From Vicugna vicugna (lineage: Eukaryota): 64,000 bases of DNA. Under the pieces are notes generated by a model. It saw nothing but the letters and a program-made list of their open reading frames with translations, searched no databases and was not told where the DNA came from. The position numbers and the translations under genes were made by a program. The stretch is from assembly GCA_013265495.1 (NCBI GenBank), contig MU062548.1, forward strand, positions 1,584,901 through 1,648,900. The letters are read 5' to 3'. Below, piece by piece: positions 1 through 11,699 of the stretch; within the stretch, counting starts at the first letter, position 1, and every line of letters begins with the position of its first letter.

Positions 1-919
1 AACAAGCAATTGCAGTGTCGCCGTGGCCTGGAAGACAAGTCCCAAGGGGAAAGTGACTGAGGGCATGCCACCTGAATCATCCAGAGACACTGCAACAGAA
101 AGCTGCATTTTGATTTTGGCTCTGGGACCAAAGATGTTCAAACAAGGGAAGGAGAATGGATTTTCCAAAATATCGGCGCAAAAAAAATATCTGATTTATC
201 TGACCCCTGGAAAGGAGAGAAAATATAGTATACTTATGCGACTTCAGATAAAAAGCCCCTGAAGGAATCAGAAAACCTGGTTTTTGGTCCTGTCTGCTTC
301 ATGTTATCCTCAGCACCATATTCTGCATGTTGCTAATGTGTCCTTTTATACCATTATTTTATTATTTTTATGATGATACTTGCTAATTAGACCAAATAGA
401 GCCTTTATTCTCACACCACATTTTCATAAAATATATTCCAACCATAGGTTAGAAGTAAGAGAAAAATCAGACAATTTTAGAATCATATAATTTTAGTTGT
501 GAGTGCCATAATGCTCATAACTACAAGCTGTAAAAATAGAAGGGACTTCAGAAATCATCTAGTCTACTAGCTTCATTTTACATATGGTGAAACCGAGACC
601 AAAGATATGAAGGAATTTGTCCAAGTGGTAAAGGCAGAAAATATTTAAAGCAGCCTCCCAGCTTTCTCTTCCTGCCATTTTCAGTAGTACCCATGGAGGA
701 TCTCTCCTTCTGACCATTTGTCATAATTTTACCAGTTTGGAAATTTAATATGGGCCCAGGTGTATAGGCATACTTGAAGAAGGAAGGGGACTGCAAGGCA
801 GAATATTAGTAGTCTTCAATCACATTTCATTCATCAAATATTTACTGAGTCCCTCATTGCATACAAAAGAGTATGCTAGGCATTGAGGGGACTATAAGTA
901 CTTGCCTCCAGAGAATTTA

Positions 920-1620
920 TTCATTCAATATTTATTGAAATATTTATTGAATACTTTTAATATACCAGGCCCTGTTCTGGGCACTGAGAATACAGCGGTA
1001 AACAGTCAGAAACCCCTGCTCTCACAGAGTTTACATTCTCAAATAAACATGTAAATGAAGAAACTGTATAATGTCAAGTGGTGATAAGTGATGTGGAGAA
1101 AAATCAGACAAGGAAGTGGGAAAATGTGCCAGGGTTGTGGTGGAGGGGAGGGTGAGTATAGTTTTAAGCAGGGTAGTCAGAGAAGGCCTATCTGGGAAGG
1201 TGACATTTGAGCGAATGTCACCTTCCCAGATAGGGAAAGTGAGGCAAAGGAATGAACCATGCTGATATCTGGGACAAGCAGAGGGAACAGCAAAAACCCT
1301 AAGGCAGGAGTGTGTCTGACTTGTTCAAGGAACAGTAAGGAGATTGGTGTGTCCGGTGCGGTGAGGGTTGGGGCGGTGGGCGGTGGAGCCATCTGAAAGA
1401 GAAAATAAGGAAAAATGAGATCAGTGAGATAAGAGTGATTGGTGGGAAGATGCTGAACATGTAAGACCTGGTAGATCATTTTAAGGATTGTTGCTGTTAC
1501 TGAGTAAGGGTTTTAAGCAAAGAATGACGTGAGCTGACTTCTCTTTTAAGAGGATCATGCTGAGAACAGAGTGTAGGAGGCCAGATAAGAAGTAGGGAGA
1601 CCAATTAAAAGTTGGCTTCC
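920..1620 (-). mobile_element. L2 3' fragment
   Basis: attcattcaatatttattga...ccaggccctgttctgggcactgag L2 terminus and downstream L2 body. Confidence 0.75.
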
Positions 1621-1699
1621 TAGTAGAGGAGATGAGACATTTATACAAATATTTATGACACAGTATAATTTAATACACTACAATAGAGAACCCCGTGTT

Positions 1700-2030
1700 T
1701 GAGTAAAGGGTAAGCTGCTGTAACACAGACCCTAAAATACAGTGGCTCAAAAAACACAGATATTTCTCTCTTGCATGACACACTGCCAGGCTTAGGCCAG
1801 TGGGACCATTCTGCTCCATGCTAGGTTATGAGTCCATCCACAGTCCAGCTCGTGGGAAGCAGGGAAAGAGAGGAGGTCCAGCCAAGGGATTTCTTTGTCA
1901 GCAGGTCAGGTGGAATTTGTTCATTTCATTTTCCATCACAGCCCTTTGGAATGAGCTTAGTCACATGGCAAGAGCTTAGTTGAAAGTCACACCTACCTGC
2001 AAGAAAGACCAGGAAATGTCTTGTTTGGTG
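1700..2030. mobile_element. Old MaLR LTR fragment (MLT1-like)
   Basis: gctgctgtaacacagaccctaaaatacagtggct motif. Confidence 0.55.
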
Positions 2031-3269
2031 GCCCTGCATCCTGGGAGGTTTTTCTGGGGGTAGAAGCACATGAGCTTGGCCTTGAAGGATGGGTAAGGTT
2101 TTGACAGTGAGGAAATACAATTCATATTTTGTGGCAAGACAAGAAAAATGTAAGCATAAAAAATTTCTCTGCCCATTTGGGCCTCCTCTCTCCCTTTAGT
2201 GTGTGCTGGGCATCTGTATTAACCAGACCTACCTAGGAGACAACCTTCCTTCTTAATCTTGTGAAGGGTCAAGATGACCCACTACTTGTTCATATGCACA
2301 GATTAAGATTATGTAAACTGTCAATACATGATTTGATGTATAACTCTTTGTCTGAAAACTGTACTTTGACCTCTCAAGGGCAGAACAGTCCTCAGAAATT
2401 TCTGAAAGATTGTCTCCCAGGTTATAATCCTCAGGTTGCCTCAAATAAAAATTTTCATTTCTTTCTTAGATCTACTATTGATTAATTTTTTTCATCGACA
2501 ACAGGTAATGATTGGGAGGAGGTGGTTCTCCCCCAGGCTGGAAGCAAAGGTGAAGAAGTAGAGCGAGGTTTTGAGGAAAGGGAAGTAGTTTCCTTTGGCT
2601 GGAGTACCAAGAACCACTGTTGAGATTTTATTCTGCAGGTGATGGGAAGCCATCAACTATTCTGGAGTAAGGAAATGACATGATCATAATTGTGCTTCTG
2701 GTAAAATTATCTGTGTGGGTTAATAATAAGGGAGAGATTAGAAGCAGATAAACCAGGTTGGGAGGGTAAGTTAGTAATGTCCTTAATTGGGCCAGTAGCT
2801 ACAGGGTTTAAAAAGAGGGATGGAAGAGACATTTTTTGTGAATTTCAACCTTTTGGAAATCATGGACCCCTTTGAGAATTTCATGAATGCTAAGGATCTA
2901 CCCTTCAGATTAACAATCAAAGAACCCTGGACTCCTTAGATTAAAACTAATAATTCCATTAGGGCAAAAACCAAGTAATCTAATCAGCAAATTCCAGAAG
3001 GTAAATGTGTGTGGGAAAAAGTGCTGTTATCTTTGTTCCTTCCTTCTCTCTCTAGAAAGGTAAGCAATGTTAGGGCATAGGGGAGGGGCTTCTTAGTCAA
3101 TATCTAAGGTAAGGTAGTCCTGAGGAGAAAGTTGATTTGTTTATTTTTGTTATTAAAAAATTTTTTAGAACATTTATGTCATTTTTTCATACAATTTATT
3201 TTATTTTATTTATATATTTATTTATTTGGTGGGAGGTAATCAGGTTTATTTATTTATTTAAAATTTTTA

Positions 3270-3490
3270 TTTCTTATTGAAGTGTAATATATTTACAAGT
3301 TTAGTTTCAGTTGTACAGCGAAGCAATTCAGTTACACATATATATACATGTATTTTTTTTCAGATTCTTTTCCAGTATAGCTTATTACAAGAAACTGAAT
3401 TGTGCTATACAGTAGGTCCTTGTTGTTTATCTATTTTATATATAGTCATGTATATCTGTTAATCCAAAACTCCTAATTTATCCTCCCCCT
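3270..3490 (-). mobile_element. 5'-truncated L1 3' UTR (artiodactyl-type)
   Basis: Minus strand has gggggaggataaattaggag...aaacaacaaggacctactgtatagcac...A-rich tail; same family as 28319-28490. Confidence 0.75.
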
Positions 3491-3575
3491 TTATTTTTGA
3501 TGGAAGTACTGGGGATTGAACCCAGGACCTTGTGCATGCTAAGCATGCACTCTACCACTGAGCTATACCCTCCCC
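3491..3575 (-). mobile_element. tRNA-Ala(AGC)-derived SINE head (camelid Vic-1-like); its tail is displaced to ~3190-3265 by an L1 insertion
   Basis: Minus strand reads GGGGAGGGTATAGCTCAGTGGTAGAGTGCATGCTTAGCATGCACAAGGTCCTGGGTTCAATCCCCAGTACTTCCA, with A and B boxes intact. Confidence 0.85.
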
Positions 3576-4110
3576 ACCCCACCCAGAGAAAGTTTAAAGG
3601 GGACTTGAATTAAAGTCATTTAGAAAAAAATGTCCTCAGACCTTTAGGGATGGTGAATATGGACAAATTAGGCCATCAGAATAGGAACAATGTGTGTGGC
3701 ATAAGGATCTTAAGATGTGAGGTTTTGAAAAGGGCGTGCTGAGTTTTATATAAATAGTGATGGGTTCTGTAAGTTTGATATTATTCAAAAGAAATGTGCT
3801 GAGATCCTTCTACATGCCAGGGCCTCTGGAGGGTGGGCTTATAGAGAATGAACAGTGCACAATCTTTTCTCCCTAGCAGGCAAGACAGATACTTACAGAA
3901 ATAAGGTTAAGTATGGGGGTGCGTGAGAAACAATAAAAAAATCGGAAGAGTCTTGCAGGAAATGGGCCTTTCACAACCAAGGATGGCAACCTTGAGAAGA
4001 GATTTATCAAAGGCCCTGGGGCAGGCAAATGCACTTGTAGGGTGGGATTAGGTAAGGTGAAGGGAGAGGAGATGTGTTGAGACCTCAGGTAAGAAAGGTA
4101 GCTAGAAGCC

Positions 4111-4471
4111 TGATGGCCAACTTTATGTATCAACTTGTCTAGGCTGTGGTCCCAGTTAATGAATCAAACACTAATCTGGGGGTTATTGTAGATGTGATAA
4201 CATTCATAATGGTGATCTTTAAGTAGAGGAGATTTTTGTAGACAATTTGAGTGGGTCTGATTCAATCAGTCTTAAGAGCAGAACTGAAGTTTCCCTGAGG
4301 AAAAAGGAATTCCATGAGTGGAATCCCAGCCTGTCCTTCCTCCTGGCCTGCCCACAGATTTCAGACTTGACTAGCCAGCCCCCACAACGGTGTAAGCCAA
4401 TTCCTTCCAAGAAACCCCTTAATATACACCTCCTCCTGGATCTGTTTCTCTGATTGACCCTGACCTATACA
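4111..4471 (+). mobile_element. ERVL solo LTR (MLT2-like)
   Basis: Starts tgatggccaactttatgtatcaacttg and ends ctgtttctctgattgaccctgacctataca, matching MLT2 termini. Confidence 0.85.
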
Positions 4472-7400
4472 AAACCAGTTTGTGGAGGGGTTTGGATGCC
4501 AGTTTCAGGGTGCTGAGAGTAAAAGCCTGGAGTCCTGATTCCTGAGCTGGAGAGAAAGGGAGGGTGAAGAGCACAAATTATTTTGTTCTAGAAAAAGCTG
4601 AGGAATGTCCTCTTGCCCATATTTCATATTTCCAACTAACTCCAAAGCTTAGGGTCACTGGGAGAATTTTGTAAGCACCCTCCTCACTGGGAGGGCCCCC
4701 TCCCTTGCCTTTTCTCCCCCTCCCTCTTAGAGCAGGTCTGCTTTTGCCTCCCTCTGAGATTCCAGGCATTGGAGGAGAGTCTAAATTCACCATTTGTTCA
4801 GTCATTTCTTCTGCAGGTGTTTCTTGGGCAGCAACTATAGGCAAAATACAGTGCTCAGTCTTTGGAAAACAGAAATGAATAAAACGTGGCCTTTTCCTCA
4901 AGAAGCTTTATAGATTTGTAAATGACTACTTTAACAGCAGACAGAGAGAAAGAAGTCCTGGTTCTTTCCTCCTACCACTGCAGGACTAGGAGGAGCTGCA
5001 CCAAAATCTTCCTTTTCTGGGCCTGCCAATCCCAGGGCACCTGGCTCCTTCTAGCATCAGCTTTAACTAGCTGGACTTCCTTGTCATCTTCAAGCAACCT
5101 TCCCTACTGCTGGGTATTTGCATTTCTTTCAAGATATTTTCTCTTTTCTATCTCCTGCCTATGTTCTGATTTTTCTCTCTTGAGGCCACTGTGATCTGTT
5201 ATTGTTCAAGTCCTCACCTTCACATTTTCAGCCAACTCCTGATTCAGTGCCAAAGTGATGGTAGGTGGGTGTCTCTCTTTTGTTAAGCATACCAGAGGGC
5301 TTTCAAAGGCCACTACAAAGAGCATCACATCTGTAGAGACAGACAAATGTGCTACAGCCCACGCTGAGCACACGGGTTCTCAGGAGCTGGACTTTCCATT
5401 GGGCCCTGAACTCCCCAACTCATGTTCTCTGTGTTTCCAGTGAGCACACAAGCTATTTGAGGCCAGAGACCATGTATCTCCCACAGGCCCTAGCACAGAC
5501 CTTCAGAGTGGATGCATTTTAAATATTTAAAGATTTGAATAGAAAATCTGGATCGATGCTGAAGAGATATTAGGAGATGAGTATTCATGGCTTTTCAAAA
5601 GGATTCACTTTAGGAGTCCTTTAAAAGAGCAAAGGGCATAAATGTAAATCATGGTTTTATTAACGAATTTGATCTTGAAACAAGTCCTGCTCCAGAAGAT
5701 TTATCTCATAAAGCAAAGTTTGCTGTTTTACCTTAGGGAGGATTTGTCTGGACCCTTTAGATGCATTTCCCTCTCCCAGAGTTCCTGTGAGTTGATTTCC
5801 TGTGAATGTAGGCTTTACTGTACAAGGTCAGTATCCCAAGGAGCTAGAATCACCTGGGGATTTAAGAGATGGGAGATTTTAGCCCCTCTCGACAGAAGAG
5901 GATTAGATGAGAGCAGTAGGGCCAAGTAGGCTCTGTGGTTTGTTCTGGTGTTTAATGAGTTGGGACGTACTCCCAGTTTAATTACTGACCCAGAGAATGT
6001 TTGGTGATGCTAGAAGTACTTGCCCTTGTCTAAAAAAATGCTTAAATGAAAGACTGTAGAGAAAACGTGCTTTTTTAAAAAAAGCTAATAGGCCCTCTAG
6101 TTCAATCCATTCCTTTTATGTAACAAGAAACTGATACTCAGAGAGGGGAAGTGAATGCCCAAGGTCGCACAGCGAGTTCTTGGAAGAGCTGCAAGTAGAA
6201 CCCAAATCTCCTGGCTCCTGGTGCCGGGCACTTGCTTGCAGCTCCACTACAGAGCCAAGCTGGCCTGGGCTCAGGGCTGCAGAAACAGCAAGTCAGATCA
6301 AAGCCTCTTCCATTGGTCAGTCAGCAGAGGGGAAATCTGTCCGTTTTCCACTTGGTTCTTTGATTTTTTCCAGGTCCCTGGAGGCATTGTACATTCCTGC
6401 TGTGCCAGGTTAGGGAAGGGGCAGGAATGCTTCTGCTTGCCTTGCTTTCCTACCAATTCCCCTGCCCTTGGTGGCCAAGAGTCATGCCACTGCCATCTAG
6501 CATTTTTTCCCCTTTCTGCGTAAAAATCATACTAGGAACCAGGAATTGTAGTTACTTCCAAGAAACTGCGAATAGCTTGCCCATACTGCAGATTTATCCT
6601 CAAATGTATACAAGGTAGGGAGGGACAGATGGGCTTCTAAGTTTACAAGTGGACAGGCTGAGAGATTGAGGGATTAAGGTTCTAGAGAAGGCAGAGAGAG
6701 CACTGTTTACCTCAGTGGCTTGGACTCTCCCCACTGGCATAGTCCCATAATGGAGAGAAGGGATTTCCGACAGCCACATTAGCAAGGTCACACGACATGC
6801 ATACCAATTAAAATATCAGATTCATTGCATCCCGTATTGGCTATGACTATATTTAACTTTGTGGAAAGCCCTGAGGTGCAGCACAAATTGCTTTATTTGT
6901 TAATCAGATGGCTCAAAACCAAACATATGCGCATAATACCAGTTTTTGCTTGGGGAGAGGAAGAGGAAGAAGAGGTCATTTTGAAGGGAGGGCAGGCCTA
7001 GAGGATTATTGCCATGTAAGGCATTGAGAAGCCAGAGGAGTGCCTGAGGTCCAGGATATCCTGGTGAGAATGGGGTAGGGAGGAAACCCAGCATGGGAAC
7101 CGAAGCCAACTTTGCCTTCTCAGCCCTCCTGCCATGATCCTGGGAGCTGAGCTGCCCCCCACCCCCTTGGGTCTTTGAAAATCATTTCTCCTGCTGCCCC
7201 TGGCACGCTGCCATGGGTTGACAAACTGCTAGGGTGGGAGTGGGATGCATGGGAACTAAACACCGGGCACAGTAGCTGTCACTGGGAAACTGGCTAAGAG
7301 TGCAGAGTTGAAAGTCATTTCCTATGAGCTCAGCCTAAATGTGGAAGAAAAATGAGATGTTCGAGCCTCCGTCAATTATAGCTGCTTCTAGTGAGGAGGC

Positions 7401-7769
7401 TAAGAATGAAGAGAGGAGAGGAGGCTTTCAGGGAAACAAGCCAGGAAATTGGTCCAAGGCCAAGAAGAGCCTTAGGGCTGCCTGACTGTGTCCACCCCAA
7501 GATGGGGCGCTCCACTTGGGGAGCGGGCGGCCTTCCCAATTTCAAAAGAAAGGCCCAAGAGGGAGGAGGCCTCACATATGCCTTTTAGAAGGGAAGATGG
7601 TTTTGACTGAAAATAATGGTTATTTGAAGGAAACAGGCACCCAATTTTCTAGTGCCAGGCTCTTGGTGCAAGCTTAATTAGTTTCTGTGGACCAGCTGCG
7701 AATGGGGCAGTTCGATTTGCACTTGTTAAGCTCGTACAGCTAAGATTCAGGATTTTTATAGCTGTTTTT

Positions 7770-7925
7770 TTAGCATCACCTCATTAATCCTCTGAGCCGC
7801 AGAGGGAGGCGGAAGACTCAGTCATCTTCATTTTAGAGAAGAGACCCGAAGAGGTGAAATGACTTGTACCCCGTCATGTGGCAAATCAGCGGCTGGGCTG
7901 AAAATAGGACGGAGTCCTGATTTTG
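7770..7925 (-). mobile_element. MIR SINE (CpG-retaining)
   Basis: cattaatcctc...cattttagagaagaga...aggtgaaatgacttg core. Confidence 0.6.
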
Positions 7926-8894
7926 GGGGGAACTGCTCACCTTAGCCCACACGGCCGCCTTGCTTTGCTTGCTCATTGTGGATGCAGAAATCTCCAGCTT
8001 GCACAGATTCTGGCTCCCTTCAGTCTCTGCCCGGGGCCGACCCTGTGCTAAAGTGTGTAAAAGGCAATACTGGGGCCGGGAAGGAGGCTTGGATAAAGCT
8101 GCCCCATCTCCTCCTGGTGTTCCTTCCTGGCACCCTGTCAGGCCAGGTCTATTATCCCCGAAGGAGTGCCTGACCCCAACCTGTGCCCGGACCCATGGAA
8201 ACAGGCCAGTCCTAGATGTCCTCCCACTGGGGCCCACACCACCAGTTAGTTCATCTGATGGGCCCTGAGGACATTCAACATTTCCAGCAAAGCTTGTCTA
8301 GGGTAGAGAAGAGTGAACCTGGATGCTGGGAAGGTGGGCATGGAAATGAAGACAGAAGTATCAGGCCCAAGTCTCAAGTGTCTTTGAAATGATTTGTTTT
8401 TTTACAGGGTGTGCAACTTCTGCATTCCTCCCTATGATATTTTTACATAAACATATTTAAGATGATCACTCGTGTGATCTTTGCCTCTCAAATCTTTCAG
8501 CAAAGTGCAAATGCATAGGAGGATGGATCACAACCCTGGAAGACTCAGACACCAGTTTCGATGATGGCTTTTTGGTCATAACCCTTCCACCCACTAATTT
8601 TCATGTGGAGGTACCACTCCATCCCCTTGTTCCTAGAGGCATGTGGCACTAGGGCAGACTGGTAAAGAGAGATGGGGCAGGGGACAGGTGAGTTTGAGAT
8701 ATCCCACACCTCACATCCTACTGTTATCAATGACCAGTTACCCACATGCTGCCTGTACCCCGAGCAGCCCTCTTCTGATGAGTATGGCTGAGTCCACACC
8801 TCTGCTTTCAGGAAAGGGTTTCCAAGGTGGCGCTGGGCTGAGTACTGCAGGGTAGCAGGTGAAAGGCTGTGCTGGGTTTGGAAACTGACTGGTT

Positions 8895-9070
8895 TACTGC
8901 TTACCAGCTGTGTGACCTCAGGATAGTGACTTTACCTCTCTGGGCTTCAGTTTTCTCCTAAGACAAGTGGATAAGCTCATAGTATCTCAAAGGGCTATTA
9001 GGAAGATTAAATGAGATCATGCACGTAAAGTACTTAGCATGGTGCCTGGCATATGGTAAGTGCTCATACA
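8895..9070 (+). mobile_element. MIR SINE
   Basis: cttaccagctgtgtgacctcag...attaaatgagatcatgcacgtaaagtacttagcatggtgcctggcatatggtaagtgctca. Confidence 0.85.
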
Positions 9071-11699
9071 CAGTCGTTGGTGCACAGTTAAAAGCAGGGA
9101 TCGAGTTTTCTGTGTTGTGGAAAGCTCCCAACACACTACAAATGCATATTCTTTTCGGCTGAAGCCATGAACATAAGAATGAGGAGTCAACACACAGAGG
9201 GAAGGACGGACATCACAGACAGGAGGGCAGGGAAGCTAAAACTGAGTTCATCGTTAAGCAGTATGTCCAGAACCGGCAGCTGGAAAGGTCAGCGAGGGTA
9301 CCAGAGGATGTCCCTATGATGCTGGGGGCGTGGCAGCATCTGGGGACTTGGTGTGTGAGTGTGTGGCCATGGGTGGGAAGGATTTGTTAGAAATCTGAAG
9401 TGAAACAAGCAGTCCTGTACCTGTGAGAAGGCAGGTCTCCACAATTCTCACCTCAGGTACCTTCCAGCAGGTCAGGGCTTTGAAACCAAGGAATCCTTCC
9501 CCTGCCCTGGAATTCAGGACATTTTGCCTGGGCCTGAGACTGAACTCTCAGAGGTCATTTCCTGCCACTCCATGGAGGACCTCCTCTTTGCTCCAGACAC
9601 ACCCACAGTTTACTTCTAGCCCGCAGAATGGGGCACGAGATGGAGTTATTACTCCCATCCTACTGGCTATTTGGAGGAATTTGATCCTAAGATATAAATT
9701 CATGCCCCGCCCCCAGTGCTGGTAGCTGATCCTCCCCTGCCCTTTTGGCAGGAAAAGTTTTGGTTGGAGCAGGTCCTTTCAGTTCATTGCTGATGAAATT
9801 GCCTGTTATCTACAGGGCCTTGACAACAGCTTGGAAAAGAAAATGTGACTGTGCCAGCACCACAGGCATCCTAGGCCCACATCAATAGTCTTTTCCCTTT
9901 AATTGACAGAAGTCAGAAGGGCAAGAGTCAGGCTCTGGGGACTCGTGTTAGGTGCCAGGTGGCTGGAGAGCATCAGCTTCAGGCTCAGACTCAGGCCAAA
10001 GATGGTGAGGATGCTGGTGGGAAGATGGCCTCCTTCAGGGCTCAGAGGTACTGTGGAGAATTGCCCCAGGGCCACAGAAGTGGAGCCCACTGGTCACCTC
10101 AGGAGAGTTGGTAAAGATTTGGAAAGTAGTTGGTGAAACTCAGCTGAGTCTGTGGGACACTGGATGCTGGACCTGACTCCTCTTTGATAGGAGGATGCCA
10201 GGCTGCCTGGCCTTGTCCAACTGCACTGACCTGGATTAGCCATCCCCAAATGAGAAAGGGTCCTTTTTCACAAGGAACAGAGGTCTCAGAGGGAGCTCTT
10301 ATAGCAGTGGTTGCATTCAATACTCATTCATTCAACAAATATTTATCGAAGACCTCCTATGTGCCGGGCGCTGTGTGGGTGGATACCCAGAGCATAGAGC
10401 CGAGTAAGAATGCTTTCTGACTATGGAGTGCAGGAGCCCAAGTTTCTGGGCTGTCCAGTCAGGCCATTTTGAGTGGTGGCAGGCCTCACTTCACACTGGC
10501 ACTGACTTTCAGAGTCCTAACCCTGATGTTGTGGGACAGTATCCCTGGTGGGCAGCTCCCCAAAGAACTCTGCCACCAGGGCTAGGCCTGTCACCCCTGG
10601 TGGCCTCCCGCATGCAGAGCCGCCCAGCCCAACTATGCTGTCTCTGGCTTCTCCTCTGTACTTGGCTTCCAAACCGCTTTAGCCACAGCCTTTGCAAACA
10701 TGAGAAAAAGCATCTGTGCCCAAGCTTTGGGAGGAAGTGACTCATCAGGGCTACTGTACACGGCTGTGTCATTAGTGCCTCCGGCCAACGAAGCAAATGG
10801 GGCTGAAATTACCAAGCCACGTGCACACAGGGCTAGCATCATCCAGAGGACTGGGGTTTTTTTTGTTTTTTTCTAATTCATCATGGTGGGTGGGTGTAGC
10901 AGGGAGAACTTTTTCTAGTTGGCACAAAGGCATCTCATAGGCTAGTGGGGATCTGTGATTACTGGAAGGAAACAGAACAGGAGAAACAGAATCATTGCTC
11001 ACCATTAGGTAACTCTCTGAAAAGCCAGAGAAGTCAGCCCTGCTTAGGGTCCTGCTGCTTCTATTTTACGGAAACGTCCTCCTCCCCTCAAGAAATTGCC
11101 AGAGGACACCATAAGGGACTGGGCAGCCTAAGCCACAAGGCAGGCAGGCTATGTTCTGAGGTGACCGGGCATGTTTCAGAGGGAGAGGCCCCATTTCCCA
11201 GCCCCAACTTGAAATCTGAACTAAATCCTTATCTCCTAACTCCCAGACAGTCTGGGGCACTAGACACAGAGCACATTGTGTTTCTGCCCCACCCCATACC
11301 ACCCTCAGCCCCCAGCTCTGAGGTCACAGCCATGGTGCAGGTGAGCCAAAGGCCCCAGGGTCAAGAGAAAGGAGTAGATAGTATCCAACTCCGTGGCCAA
11401 CAGGAGACTTCTAAGAAGGGAAAAGGGGAGGTGGGAAGAGCAGGGTCCTCAGTTTCCCTCAACCACCAGGGCCCAGGTAGATGGGCACAGAGGCCCAGGG
11501 GGAGCACGCAAAGGGCCGCTNNNNNNNNNNNNNNNNNNNNNNNNNNNNNNNNNNNNNNNNNNNNNNNNNNNNNNNNNNNNNNNNNNNNNNNNNNNNNNNN
11601 NNNNNNNNNNNNNNNNNNNNNNNNNNNNNNNNNNNNNNNNNNNNNNNNNNNNNNNNNNNNNNNNNNNNNNNNNNNNNNNNNNNNNNNNNNNNNNNNNNN

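Noticed and set aside
3501-3575. Genuine tRNA-Ala gene
   Set aside because: It has an extra 5' G run, acceptor and anticodon stem mismatches, an A-rich SINE tail, and six dispersed diverged copies, some with target site duplications, so it is a SINE.
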